Under the pieces are notes generated by a model. The model had not been told where the DNA came from and ran no database searches. It saw only the letters and a program-made list of their open reading frames with translations. A program made the translations under genes and the position numbers. A stretch of DNA of 64,000 bases from Bacteriovoracaceae bacterium (GTDB taxonomy: Bacteria > Bdellovibrionota > Bacteriovoracia > Bacteriovoracales > Bacteriovoracaceae), in assembly GCA_013141065.1 (NCBI GenBank), contig JABFRR010000003.1, positions 252,415 through 316,414 of the forward strand, in the 5' to 3' direction. Below, in pieces: positions 18,701-27,636 of this stretch. How positions within the stretch are numbered: the stretch's first letter is position 1; each line of letters starts with the position of its first letter.

Positions 18701-20986
18701 GTTACATTTGAAGATACCGACTTAGCTGTCACTGTTCCTGCTCAAATTCCATTGGAGTCTAGTTTTACTTTTGCTTTTATTGTTCATCCGATTGCGGCCT
18801 TACATAACGGTTGGAAAAACATTACTTCTGTTGGAATTAAAACTAATAAACTCAATTCACCTGTAAGTGCTAAACTTGCGGCCAATAATAAAGATGTGGC
18901 CCCTGAATCAGATATTAAATGTAGCTATGATACTACTGGATGCTCTGGTGGAGAGTCTGGAGCGCAATGCTTGAATGTTACGAGTCCACATAATGTTGTG
19001 ACACCAATAATAGCTAATGCGATTTATTGGGATCGTTCAAATAAAACGTGTTACAGAAATACAGTGATCAATGATAAATTTTCATGGGTAGAATTTAATA
19101 CAACATGTCCACTCACCAGAGTCGTTGGCTTTTGCGGCGGAGTTAATTGTATAAAGTCTTCTGATCCAACAACGGCTGGAGTCATTCCGACTGCACTTAA
19201 ACAATATGCTTATGATACTACGGCAAATAAATGTTATGTGAGTACCGGATTAACTGTGAATGATTGGATAGAGTATAATCCTTCTAAAGTAAATTTAGAA
19301 TGGAAGCCTTTTACTATTGTTGGCTCTGGAAGTTTTAATATTGTCAGTGTTGCAAGTCATAGAATTTATCGACGCGAAGCTGGTGAAGATTTCGATTTCT
19401 CGGCAACTGGACATATTGGAAGTGTTGCAAGCAATGTTTACAAATATACCGACAATACCGCACTATCTGGTAAGGTTTATTACTATCTCGTTCGTCCAGT
19501 TGACTCTATTAAATCTTTTCCTACCTTTACTCCAGAAGTTTATTCTGAGGTACGAGTTGTGGCATCCCCAACTAATAACGTATTTGTTCACCGTTGGATG
19601 ATGAATCAAGAAGTTTGTAATAGTATGAATATTACTCAAACAACTTCTCCAAACTTTGTCGATCCAACAAATAACTTCCGCTGTCAGTATAAAGGCCCTG
19701 GTGAAACGGCAGGATATTACGATTCGGGTGCTGATTTATTTGTCGATCTTCAAGAGCTAGGATGTGCTTATGCTCCTGCTCCAAAATGTGGGGCCAATGG
19801 ATGCGTTGGTATGGGCAATCCGGTAGCTTCTGGTGCGAGTGCTGCACTTTTAACTGATCACGATCTTTATTATGATCGCTCAAATGGAAAATGTTATGTC
19901 TATGATTCTGGAACTGCTCCTGTGTGGAATGAAATAGAAACTTACCCAGGGGTTCTCGCTTCAACAATTACCAACAAACTGGTCTCTGCACTTAATGCTC
20001 CAGTCGTTAATATCACTCAAACAAGAGCAGCTGCAATTTGTAGCAGCCGAGATGCTCCTACTACTGACTTAGTTCTTCCTAGTCCTGTTCTTCCGAATAA
20101 AAAACAATTTATTGCATACTCTGCTTCACGTTACGATATTACTGATAGCCAAATCACTCCACTTGAAGAAGGTTTTTCATTAAATGCCTACTCTCGTTGT
20201 AATAGTAGTTCTGCTAGTGGATTAGAGGCCACTTACGTCGATGCCGCCATACCTTCGACGACTTTTATTTTCTCTCTTCCTGGAACGTCTTCATCTTTAA
20301 TTAGATCGATGGTGACCGGCTCTGTTCCTAGTACACTCAATTATTCTACAGAAGCTTGTACTTCTCGTTACGGTATTCAAGATCTGTACGGTAACGTCGC
20401 AGAGTGGACGACCGATAGAATGCAATGCTCGGCCGCTGATCTGACTTGTACTTCACAGGGATTGGCATCTAGCTATTCGACCTTTGATTTTGGTGTTAAT
20501 GATTTTTACGGTTTTAACTTAGAAACGGGGCCTTATAATGACAGCAATGGAATCACTCCAGGGCCTGAAGCACTGGATACCTATTTAACGAGCTGGACCT
20601 TTGCTGATGAATTGTATGAAGCCGGAAAATTTTCATTTCCAATGGGTCTGCCTATTAATGTTAATATCGATAGAGTTTTAGTGATTGAAGATTCTCCCGC
20701 AATTCCTTATATTCTTGATATCGGTCCTGTTTCAGGAATTACAACTGCTAAACTTCATGAAGACAGCATTATTGTCAATGGTGCTGATGTGAAAGCTGGA
20801 GCTACCGACATTGGAGCTTGGGCAGTTGGTGGTGGCTATAAATCTGGTAATGGTGCAGGTCGATTTAGTATGGAACTTATTGAAGCTTCCACAGCACGTT
20901 CTGATGTAGGATTAAGATGCGTCGTTCCTGTCGATAAAACTTTATATCCAGTAGATTCAAGACCTCAATATAATTATTCATACTGA
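15746..20986 (+). CDS. giant multidomain surface lipoprotein/adhesin (cadherin/Ig-like repeats, FN3, FGE-sulfatase/C-type-lectin-like C-terminus)
   Basis: GAGGAG RBS; lipobox LLFAVSSC; TNDAP/INDVP/LNDAP linkers; FN3-like LEW...IYRR...YTD......YYYLVRP; YGIQDLYGNVAEWT and DVGLRCV. Confidence 0.8.
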   Translation: MFFLKSLFTTVTFSALLFAVSSCVPKATEKKANCGVNQSFNASTRSCVSVSELRKKPVGTKTSATMTEEVPLKVELTYTDGNNNSAIACSVTPGSSNLEIISPALFNSNFFNEIDAYYGSVILLASYIPFPDFVAGDAYKLAMTNARTSLIAALNHANVLTQADIIVARADDIITLAGAHTGLASVAGMLTQTTARRTTFINYYDQFKNRCECLSGTCHTILIPKQNQFGAANFSYTISDLDGESEERAVSVSITARSRATTTHLKPVARSGSASGAESNTATPIGFPVNIPEAADTNYNAGSSTTFTYSFDGTIVGSGIASYGQTLFGKLTSCMGLSGSATNDRTCTYTPNNGDTFDTIIFSQANATIGTLTYTAIANGLVGTNVSIQYFDLRSTNPSIDAPNADVSKMLPFSLASLVTNESFIRVEGNEIKVFMHPTVTSALDIENLINNDPQANRLVLVSGGLPTDFPDPVVETLLPVNLAGGTDGYDSFSFKANNTFANSVNTSKMTIKITGTNDAPRVPAEIAQVVPDVTILETAVGQTAIFNFRDVDSFATAFTINAALDSLACTTASAAPAYVALVTNPILTNTPLTLAFDPLAPSVPVCDLVGDCTFNVTLSKTLPFLSNDYDREVCLYYTITDLSGATSSLAQAVKIKVTPINDVPVISVLPSADYDEDSAGFTTLTVDSGSIHPFELDQTMDVTLSSSVPTLIPNVACKDYTAATTAPTPTAVGQYYLNTTGTEYKCYVSTGTTVTDWKLYPSLTAIPVCPYTLQSKGPPTVTPTAANLHHLDTKNNICYKSSAVGATFVWSKNTEISEYKIASASLPDISGNSTITITVKDSGGVTNGGIDTATTTFVQTVLPLNDAPYILTKFASVETNEGGAIQSSGVVIDEDFAATADEDVQNIIIKDITTDNTNVLPKSSISFFFDENDNTIRDAAETLYNAASLPSANLDSDSTKDFKRHKLYFKLDPVDGISGNANVTVTFEDTDLAVTVPAQIPLESSFTFAFIVHPIAALHNGWKNITSVGIKTNKLNSPVSAKLAANNKDVAPESDIKCSYDTTGCSGGESGAQCLNVTSPHNVVTPIIANAIYWDRSNKTCYRNTVINDKFSWVEFNTTCPLTRVVGFCGGVNCIKSSDPTTAGVIPTALKQYAYDTTANKCYVSTGLTVNDWIEYNPSKVNLEWKPFTIVGSGSFNIVSVASHRIYRREAGEDFDFSATGHIGSVASNVYKYTDNTALSGKVYYYLVRPVDSIKSFPTFTPEVYSEVRVVASPTNNVFVHRWMMNQEVCNSMNITQTTSPNFVDPTNNFRCQYKGPGETAGYYDSGADLFVDLQELGCAYAPAPKCGANGCVGMGNPVASGASAALLTDHDLYYDRSNGKCYVYDSGTAPVWNEIETYPGVLASTITNKLVSALNAPVVNITQTRAAAICSSRDAPTTDLVLPSPVLPNKKQFIAYSASRYDITDSQITPLEEGFSLNAYSRCNSSSASGLEATYVDAAIPSTTFIFSLPGTSSSLIRSMVTGSVPSTLNYSTEACTSRYGIQDLYGNVAEWTTDRMQCSAADLTCTSQGLASSYSTFDFGVNDFYGFNLETGPYNDSNGITPGPEALDTYLTSWTFADELYEAGKFSFPMGLPINVNIDRVLVIEDSPAIPYILDIGPVSGITTAKLHEDSIIVNGADVKAGATDIGAWAVGGGYKSGNGAGRFSMELIEASTARSDVGLRCVVPVDKTLYPVDSRPQYNYSY

Positions 20987-21017
20987 TATCATTTGTCTCT
21001 TTTGTGAGATTTAGGTT

Positions 21018-21051
21018 AAAATATCCTTGTTAGAATTCAAGGATGTTTTTT
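21018..21051 (+). terminator. intrinsic terminator after the adhesin gene; 3' arm contains the next gene's AAGGA
   Basis: AAAATATCCTTG-N8-CAAGGATGTTTT stem running into a T-tract. Confidence 0.5.
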
Positions 21052-21052
21052 A

Positions 21053-21391
21053 ATGTTTCAAAGTCTTGGTCTTTTAGTAATTTCCAATTTATTTATGACA
21101 TTTGCTTGGTATGGGCATTTGAAATCTCATCAACATTCTAAACTCTGGGTAGTCATACTTGTCTCGTGGAGCATTGCTTTTTTTGAATACTGTTTTCAAG
21201 TTCCTGCCAACCGGCTGGGGATCACGGTCATGAATATGGCCCAGCTCAAAGTCATGCAAGAAGTGATCACAATGACAGTCTTTGCACTTTTTGCAGTGTT
21301 ATATATGAAAGTTCCACTGACAAAAAATTTTTTATATGCCAGTGTATGTTTAGTGATGGCCGCTTTTTTTATCTTTCGTGATAAAGTCTAG
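21053..21391 (+). CDS. DMT family (DUF486) membrane protein
   Basis: SNLFMTFAWYGHLK, SW.IAFFEYCFQVPANR.G, QLKVMQEVIT. Confidence 0.88.
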   Translation: MFQSLGLLVISNLFMTFAWYGHLKSHQHSKLWVVILVSWSIAFFEYCFQVPANRLGITVMNMAQLKVMQEVITMTVFALFAVLYMKVPLTKNFLYASVCLVMAAFFIFRDKV

Positions 21392-21418
21392 CTTAATAAT
21401 TTTAGGGAAGAGGTTTTT

Positions 21419-22246
21419 ATGGGAAAAGTGATTAGTTTTATCAATCAAAAAGGTGGCGTGGGAAAAACGACGATGGCGTTTAATACCGCTTTTGCTTTAG
21501 CACAAAATGGAAAAAAAGTTTTGGCCATTGATCTTGATCCACAGGCAAACCTCACTTTACTTTTTAATGCTCAAAATAAACATAATCTTCATCATCTCTT
21601 AATTAATTCAATAAAAGAATTAAAGATGCTCCATGTGCCAATGATACTTTCAGAAATACTTCACTATAGCACCAATGATGTAGTGGTTGATCTTATTCCA
21701 GGTGGCCAAGAACTTTCAGGTTTTGATTTAACAGTTGCTTCAATCAATGCTCCTAGACAGTTAGTTTTGAAAAAATTTCTTGAGGCCAATGAACTCTCTC
21801 GTCGTTATGACTATATTATTATTGATTGTCCTCCAACTTTAGGACTTCTGGTCGTTAATGCACTTTGTGCGAGTGATGGAGTCATTATTCCATTTAAAGC
21901 TGATGATTTTTCATATAAAGGACTCGAACATTTTTATCAAGTACTAGCAGATATTGAAGAAATGGGAATTGTGACTGCGCCTGAAATTGTATTACATGTA
22001 CCTAATTTAGTTGATTTAAGAAGAAAACAAGAACAAGACGATTTAGAAAAAATTGTAAAATCAATTGGTGAAGAACTTGGTGAGGGGATGGTTTTTTCTC
22101 CTTTTTTAAATAAGGCAGGTCTAGTAAAATCATTATCAGGTAGAAAATCAGTATTTGATTTTAAAGGGCAAGACTTTAATGAACTTCGTGAGAAATTTAT
22201 AGGAATTGCTGAAAAAATAGAGGAGTGGTCAAATGTCCGTCAATAA
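21419..22246 (+). CDS. ParA/Soj family ATPase (orphan)
   Basis: NQKGGVGKTT, IDLDPQAN, IIIDCPPTLG. Confidence 0.9.
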   Translation: MGKVISFINQKGGVGKTTMAFNTAFALAQNGKKVLAIDLDPQANLTLLFNAQNKHNLHHLLINSIKELKMLHVPMILSEILHYSTNDVVVDLIPGGQELSGFDLTVASINAPRQLVLKKFLEANELSRRYDYIIIDCPPTLGLLVVNALCASDGVIIPFKADDFSYKGLEHFYQVLADIEEMGIVTAPEIVLHVPNLVDLRRKQEQDDLEKIVKSIGEELGEGMVFSPFLNKAGLVKSLSGRKSVFDFKGQDFNELREKFIGIAEKIEEWSNVRQ

Positions 22247-22508
22247 TAAAAGTCTAAATCCTCTTTATGTCGTAAGAAACAACGGAGTTGATGTGGAATC
22301 TGCAAATAGTTTTTTTGATTTATTTTTAAAGAAAACCGGTCTTGATCAAGTGATGGTTGTTTTAGAAAATATTCTAGCGATTCTTCTTTCACAAGTGACG
22401 AGTTACCCGATTTTTATGGAAGTGAAAAAAATATTTGATCAACTTTTTGAAAAAGTTATTGAGCTGATGTTTCAAGCACAACAAATGATGTCTAAATCAA
22501 AAATATAA
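22233..22508 (+). CDS. hypothetical protein overlapping the ParA stop
   Basis: GAGGAG RBS within the ParA 3' end; 91 aa. Confidence 0.6.
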   Translation: MSVNNKSLNPLYVVRNNGVDVESANSFFDLFLKKTGLDQVMVVLENILAILLSQVTSYPIFMEVKKIFDQLFEKVIELMFQAQQMMSKSKI

Positions 22509-22832
22509 TTATTTAGACCGAATTCTTCTCGGTTTAATTTCACTTTCTTTTGGAGCAGGCAAATCTTCTTGAAGGGAATTCACTTTCTTTAATCCTGCAA
22601 GACCTGAACTCACTTCATCAGCAATATAATCGTTAGATAAGAGTGGATCTTTTTCATCTTCATCTAAAGACAATTGGTCGATCGCCTCAACATTGAGCAT
22701 TTGGCTTCTTTCAATAGATAATAGTTCGTCTTCAAGTCCTGATAAATCAATTTCTTGACTGAAAACTAGTGAAGAATGACTAAGGGCCAATGCGAGAAAT
22801 GAGTGTCTTAAAAGTTTTTTAATTTTTTTCAT
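22509..22832 (-). CDS. acidic exported hypothetical protein
   Basis: MKKIKK... signal peptide ending VFS-Q. Confidence 0.55.
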   Translation of the reverse strand: MKKIKKLLRHSFLALALSHSSLVFSQEIDLSGLEDELLSIERSQMLNVEAIDQLSLDEDEKDPLLSNDYIADEVSSGLAGLKKVNSLQEDLPAPKESEIKPRRIRSK

Positions 22833-22887
22833 GAACCATAGTTTTTCACAACCCAAACGGTTTTAAAAGGGCCTTTATAAAAGAAGC

Positions 22888-23979
22888 ATGCTAAATTTGG
22901 CCATGCCGAAAAATGCTAATTTAAATCAAGATAATCAAGATCTTAAGCTTTCTTCCTACTCTTATGATCTCCCTCCCGAACTGGTTGCCCAAAGGCCAAT
23001 CGATGGAGTCAATCGCGACTTGTCCCGCTTAATGGTTTACAACGCCGCAACTGGTCAATTAACTCATGACCATTTTTATAATCTCGATAAGTATATTCCC
23101 GTTGATTCGACTTTAGTTTTTAATCAGTCAAAAGTTTTTCCCTCAAGACTTTTGGGGCAGAAGAATTCTGGTGGGAGAGCGGAACTTTTTTTATTGTCAG
23201 CTGAAAAAAATGAAAAAAATATCTTTCCTTGTTTGATAAAATCTCGCGGGAAAAAAAAGATTGGTGATGTTTTTAATTTTAGTGAGGATTTATCTGCGTT
23301 AATTAAAGAGATTAATGAGGATGGAACATTTGGAGTTCAGTTAACTATTCCCAATAAATTTCCCACCCTAATGAATTACTTACAAAATCACGCAATGATA
23401 CCGATTCCTCCCTATATAAGGAAAGGAGAGAGTGATGAAAAAGATAAAACCTCTTATCAAACTCTTTATTCTAAAGATGTCGGTTCAGTAGCCGCACCAA
23501 CTGCGGGTCTTCATTTTACAGAAAATGTTTTTAATAAATTAAAATTAAAAAAAATTGAAAGTGCTTTTGTTACATTACATGTCGGACTTGGAACTTTTAA
23601 GCCAGTGACTGTTGATAACTTATCTGATCACATTATGCACTCTGAAGATTATTTTATTGATCAAGCAAACCAAAATAAAATTAAAGCTGCTAAAAATATT
23701 TTTGCAGTCGGCACGACTTCCTTGCGAGTTTTAGAATCGAGTTTTGGCCAAGAAGTCACTCCCAATCAAATATACAAAACACAAATTTTTTTACATCCTG
23801 GAATTGAGATTCAAAGTGTTCGGGGATTAATTACCAATTTTCATTTGCCTGAATCCACTCTCTTAATGCTGGTGTCCGCTCTTATCGGTCGCGAAAAAAC
23901 CTTAGAGCTGTATAAACTGGCCGTTTTAGAAAAATACCGTTTTTTTTCTTACGGTGACGCCATGTTGATAATTAAATAA
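22888..23979 (+). CDS. queA: S-adenosylmethionine:tRNA ribosyltransferase-isomerase
   Basis: IPIPPYI, YQT, GSVAAPTAGLHFT, LHVGLGTF, TNFHLP.STL, YRFFSYGDAM. Confidence 0.96.
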   Translation: MLNLAMPKNANLNQDNQDLKLSSYSYDLPPELVAQRPIDGVNRDLSRLMVYNAATGQLTHDHFYNLDKYIPVDSTLVFNQSKVFPSRLLGQKNSGGRAELFLLSAEKNEKNIFPCLIKSRGKKKIGDVFNFSEDLSALIKEINEDGTFGVQLTIPNKFPTLMNYLQNHAMIPIPPYIRKGESDEKDKTSYQTLYSKDVGSVAAPTAGLHFTENVFNKLKLKKIESAFVTLHVGLGTFKPVTVDNLSDHIMHSEDYFIDQANQNKIKAAKNIFAVGTTSLRVLESSFGQEVTPNQIYKTQIFLHPGIEIQSVRGLITNFHLPESTLLMLVSALIGREKTLELYKLAVLEKYRFFSYGDAMLIIK

Positions 23980-23995
23980 AAGGATAGAACTATTT

Positions 23996-25117
23996 ATGTC
24001 GAAAATGATTTTTAAGAAAATCGCTCAATCAAAAAAAGCCAGGGCCGGAGTTATCACAACAGAGCACGGACTTATTGAGACTCCCATTTTTATGCCAGTG
24101 GGAACAAGGGCATCGGTCAAGACGATGTGGCAAGAAGAATTAGAAGAAATGAACGCTCAGATAATTTTGGGAAATACTTATCACCTCTATTTGCGTCCAG
24201 GACATGAATTAATTGAAAAAGTGGGTGGAGGTCTTCACGGTTTTATGAAATGGGACCGGGCGATTTTGACGGATAGTGGAGGCTACCAAGTATTTTCACT
24301 TTCAAGTATGAATAAAGTCACGGAAGAAGGAGTTACATTCTCATCTCATTTGGATGGTTCCAAACATCTTATTAGTCCCGAAAAATCAATGGAAATTCAA
24401 CGCGCTCTCGGAAGTGACATTGTCATGAATTTTGATGAATGCCCGGCCTTACCTGCGACTAAAGATCGTCTCAGAGAAAGTATGGAGCTCACTTTGAGAT
24501 GGGCCCAACGTTGCAGAAATTATCCACTAAAGCCACATCAAAGTCTTTTTGGTATAATCCAGGGTGGTCTACATTTTGATTTGCGAACTGAATGTATGGA
24601 AAGATTAAAATCAATGGATTTTGAAGGCTTTGCTCTCGGTGGCCTTTCTGTTGGTGAAAAAAATGAAGAAATGGTTAATTTTCTCGATCAGTTTGTTCAC
24701 ACAATGCCTGAAGATAAACCTCGCTATCTAATGGGAGTGGGAAAGCCGCTTGATATATTAAATGGAATTAAGGCCGGTATTGATATGTTTGATTGTGTTT
24801 TGCCTACCAGAAATGCGAGAAACGGTCAGTTTCTCACGAAGGGTGGCCCGCTCAATATTAAAAAAGAAAAATTTAAAGAGGATACACTACCTCCGGATCC
24901 AACTTGTAACTGTAAAGTTTGTAAAAAATATAGCCGTTCGTATATTCGACATTTATTCACAGTTGGAGAATACCTAGCGGGAAATATGATTACTTATCAC
25001 AATCTTTATTTTTATTTGGAAATGACTCGAAATGCTAGAGAAGCGATCAAGCTGGATAAGTTTGACGAGTTTTATTCAACGTTTTATAACTCTTATCAAT
25101 CAAATATGTGGAACTAA
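23996..25117 (+). CDS. tgt: queuine tRNA-guanine transglycosylase
   Basis: TPIFMPVGT, NTYHL, TDSGGYQVFSL, DMFDCVLPTR, CNC..C..H zinc site. Confidence 0.97.
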   Translation: MSKMIFKKIAQSKKARAGVITTEHGLIETPIFMPVGTRASVKTMWQEELEEMNAQIILGNTYHLYLRPGHELIEKVGGGLHGFMKWDRAILTDSGGYQVFSLSSMNKVTEEGVTFSSHLDGSKHLISPEKSMEIQRALGSDIVMNFDECPALPATKDRLRESMELTLRWAQRCRNYPLKPHQSLFGIIQGGLHFDLRTECMERLKSMDFEGFALGGLSVGEKNEEMVNFLDQFVHTMPEDKPRYLMGVGKPLDILNGIKAGIDMFDCVLPTRNARNGQFLTKGGPLNIKKEKFKEDTLPPDPTCNCKVCKKYSRSYIRHLFTVGEYLAGNMITYHNLYFYLEMTRNAREAIKLDKFDEFYSTFYNSYQSNMWN

Positions 25118-25137
25118 ATTTTTAAAAAGGAATAATC

Positions 25138-25494
25138 ATGTTAAAATTTCTCGCTATTATGCTACTGACTTTCTCAACTAATGTTTTTGCTCAAGCAGCA
25201 GCTGCTCCAGCGCAAAATCCATTGATGCAATTTCTTCCACTAGTAGTTGTCTTTATCATTTTTTATTTTTTAATGATTCGTCCGCAAAAGAAAAAATTTG
25301 ATCAAGAACAAGCACTTTTAGAAAAATTAGCAAAGGGGGATGAAATTTATACCAAGTCTGGCCTAATTGGGACAGTTCATGGAATTACTGATACAGTTAT
25401 TACAGTAGAAGTTTCAGAAGGTGTTCGATTTAAGGTTTTAAAAAATCAAATCGGTGGCCTTTATAAAACTTTAACAGACGCCAACAAAAAATAG
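25138..25494 (+). CDS. yajC: preprotein translocase subunit YajC
   Basis: FYFLMIRPQKKK, KGDEIYTKSGLIG. Confidence 0.93.
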   Translation: MLKFLAIMLLTFSTNVFAQAAAAPAQNPLMQFLPLVVVFIIFYFLMIRPQKKKFDQEQALLEKLAKGDEIYTKSGLIGTVHGITDTVITVEVSEGVRFKVLKNQIGGLYKTLTDANKK

Positions 25495-25516
25495 AATATT
25501 TTAGAGGAGAGACTGT

Positions 25517-25792
25517 ATGTTTGGATTAGGTGCTGGAGAGTTGTTGCTGATATTTGTTATCGCCATATTATTTTTAGGGCCGAAAAAAATACCAGAGCTG
25601 GCTAAAGGATTGGGTCAAGCTATGCGCGAATTCCAAAAAGCCCGCGATGACATGATGACAGAACTCCACAAACCTCATGTAACGACAGATGCACAAAAAA
25701 AAGCTGATGTTGATGTTGTGGCCCAGACAGTTGAAACAAGTCCTGCTGAAGAAGCTAAGACAGTCCCTCACGATCCTCCTAAGAATACCTAA
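25517..25792 (+). CDS. tatA: twin-arginine translocase TatA/TatB family subunit
   Basis: MFGLGAGELLLIFVIAILFLGPKKIPELAKGLG.A.REF. Confidence 0.88.
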   Translation: MFGLGAGELLLIFVIAILFLGPKKIPELAKGLGQAMREFQKARDDMMTELHKPHVTTDAQKKADVDVVAQTVETSPAEEAKTVPHDPPKNT

Positions 25793-25800
25793 AACCTTTC

Positions 25801-25855
25801 TTGCATTTTCATAAAAAGATCAACTATACTTTCTGATACATTCAGAAAGTATAGT
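25801..25855 (+). promoter_or_regulatory. sigma70-like promoter for secDF overlapped by a perfect 14-bp inverted repeat
   Basis: TTGCAT(25801)-N18-TATACT(25825); arms ACTATACTTTCTGA 25823-25836 and TCAGAAAGTATAGT 25842-25855. Confidence 0.55.
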
Positions 25856-25887
25856 GATTTTGCCATCAAAAAAAAGGGAGTTTTTTA

Positions 25888-27594
25888 ATGAAGACCAGCT
25901 GGTGGGTACGCTTTAGTGTACTTCTCGTTCTTGTTGCCACATCGGTAATTGTTCTACTACCAACAGTTTTAAAGTTTGATGAAAATGGGTCTTATCCTGT
26001 TAAGTCAAAAATCAATTTAGGCCTTGATCTTCAAGGTGGCCTCTATATGATTATGGGAATTGACTTTAAAAAGGTCTATCGCGATGAAGTACAAACATAT
26101 TCGCGAAAAATTGAATCTTACATGAAAGATCAAGAAATTAAAGTGACCATTGGCAATCTTGATGCAACTGATGTCAACGATCCAAAGCAGATGCTTACTT
26201 TTGAGAAACTCTCAGATGTTGAAGTCGCAAAGAAAAAATTAAAAGAATTCTTCGGCAATAATATCCGCATTACGAGTGAAGATAAACAAAACATTCAAAT
26301 CGCCTTAGCGACAATCGTTAAAAATGATATTGAAACTCAATCAGTAGGTAAATCTATTGAAGTCATCAGAAACCGTATTGATGAGTTCGGAGTCACTGAA
26401 CCTGAAATCACGGCACAAGGTGAAGACCGCATTGTTGTTCAATTACCAGGTGTAAGAGATATTGAAAGAGCAAAAGAACTCATTGGGCGAACAGCTAAAT
26501 TAGAATTTAAAATTGTGAATGACGATGTTTCTCCGGCTACAATGCAAACTTGGTTAGATAAAGGAAAAGCTGCCGGTATTGTTTATAAAAAAGGTGAACG
26601 TTTTTCTGATTACATCAAAAAAATGAATGAGCTCTTAGTTTCTGATTTACCAGTTGGGCACGAACTCGCTTTTGAAAAATCAAACACTCCTGGAAGTGAT
26701 GAATCCATTAATATTCCATATGTCGTCGAAGCCACTCCAAGAATTACTGGAGATGATCTTTCAGATGCTCGAGTACAAATTGATCCACAAAAAAATGAAC
26801 CATATGTTTCAATGGAATTTAAGCCACAAGGATCTAGCCGATTTGAAGAAACAACTGGTTCAAATATTGGTAAAAGAATGGCCGTGGTATTAGATGGAAA
26901 TGTTTATTCTGCGCCAGTGATTCAAGCAAAAATCGCTGGTGGAAGTGCGCAAATTACTTTAGGCCGTGGTGCTGATTTTAATAAAATCATGAGAGAAGCC
27001 CGCGATCTGGCTTTGGTCTTACGTGCTGGAGCTCTTCCGGTTCAATTAGATTTTCTAGAACAAAGAACAGTTGGTCCAAATTTAGGGAGTGAATCAATTG
27101 ATAAAGCCCAATTTGCTTCCATCGTTGGTTGCGTAATTCTCTTTATTTTTATCATGGTTTATTACCGATTTTCAGGTGTGATTGCGACTGTGACCTTACT
27201 TTTAAACGTTCTTTTCACAGTGGCCTTATTAGTTGCTTTTGGGGCAACCTTAACACTTCCGGGTATCGCCGGTATTGCTCTCACTGTCGGTATGGCAGTA
27301 GATGGTAACATCATTATTATGGAAAAAATAAGGGATGAAGTGAGAAGTGGACTTAGTAATATTAAAGCTGTGCAGTCTGGCTTTGATTCTGCACTTTGGA
27401 CACTTTTAGATGCAAACATTACTTCGGCCGCTGCTGGGATTTGTTTACTGAATTTTGGTACAGGACCGATCCGTGGTTTTGCTGTCACTTTATTGATTGG
27501 TTTAGTTGTGACTTTATATACTGCCTACTCAGTTTCGAAAATTATGTTTGAATTTTACATGGAAAAAACTGAAGGCAAGTCACTAAGTATTTAA
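25888..27594 (+). CDS. secD: protein translocase subunit SecD
   Basis: INLGLDLQGG, RNRIDEFGVTEP, LRAGALP, GMAVDGNI. Confidence 0.97.
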   Translation: MKTSWWVRFSVLLVLVATSVIVLLPTVLKFDENGSYPVKSKINLGLDLQGGLYMIMGIDFKKVYRDEVQTYSRKIESYMKDQEIKVTIGNLDATDVNDPKQMLTFEKLSDVEVAKKKLKEFFGNNIRITSEDKQNIQIALATIVKNDIETQSVGKSIEVIRNRIDEFGVTEPEITAQGEDRIVVQLPGVRDIERAKELIGRTAKLEFKIVNDDVSPATMQTWLDKGKAAGIVYKKGERFSDYIKKMNELLVSDLPVGHELAFEKSNTPGSDESINIPYVVEATPRITGDDLSDARVQIDPQKNEPYVSMEFKPQGSSRFEETTGSNIGKRMAVVLDGNVYSAPVIQAKIAGGSAQITLGRGADFNKIMREARDLALVLRAGALPVQLDFLEQRTVGPNLGSESIDKAQFASIVGCVILFIFIMVYYRFSGVIATVTLLLNVLFTVALLVAFGATLTLPGIAGIALTVGMAVDGNIIIMEKIRDEVRSGLSNIKAVQSGFDSALWTLLDANITSAAAGICLLNFGTGPIRGFAVTLLIGLVVTLYTAYSVSKIMFEFYMEKTEGKSLSI

Positions 27595-27636
27595 TTGTTT
27601 ATTTTTTTTTAGCCTAAGACAGGCAGGAGTTATTAT

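Noticed and set aside
19900-20986. Diversity-generating retroelement acting on the FGE/CLec tip
   Set aside because: No reverse transcriptase, avd or adenine-mismatched template repeat seen in the window
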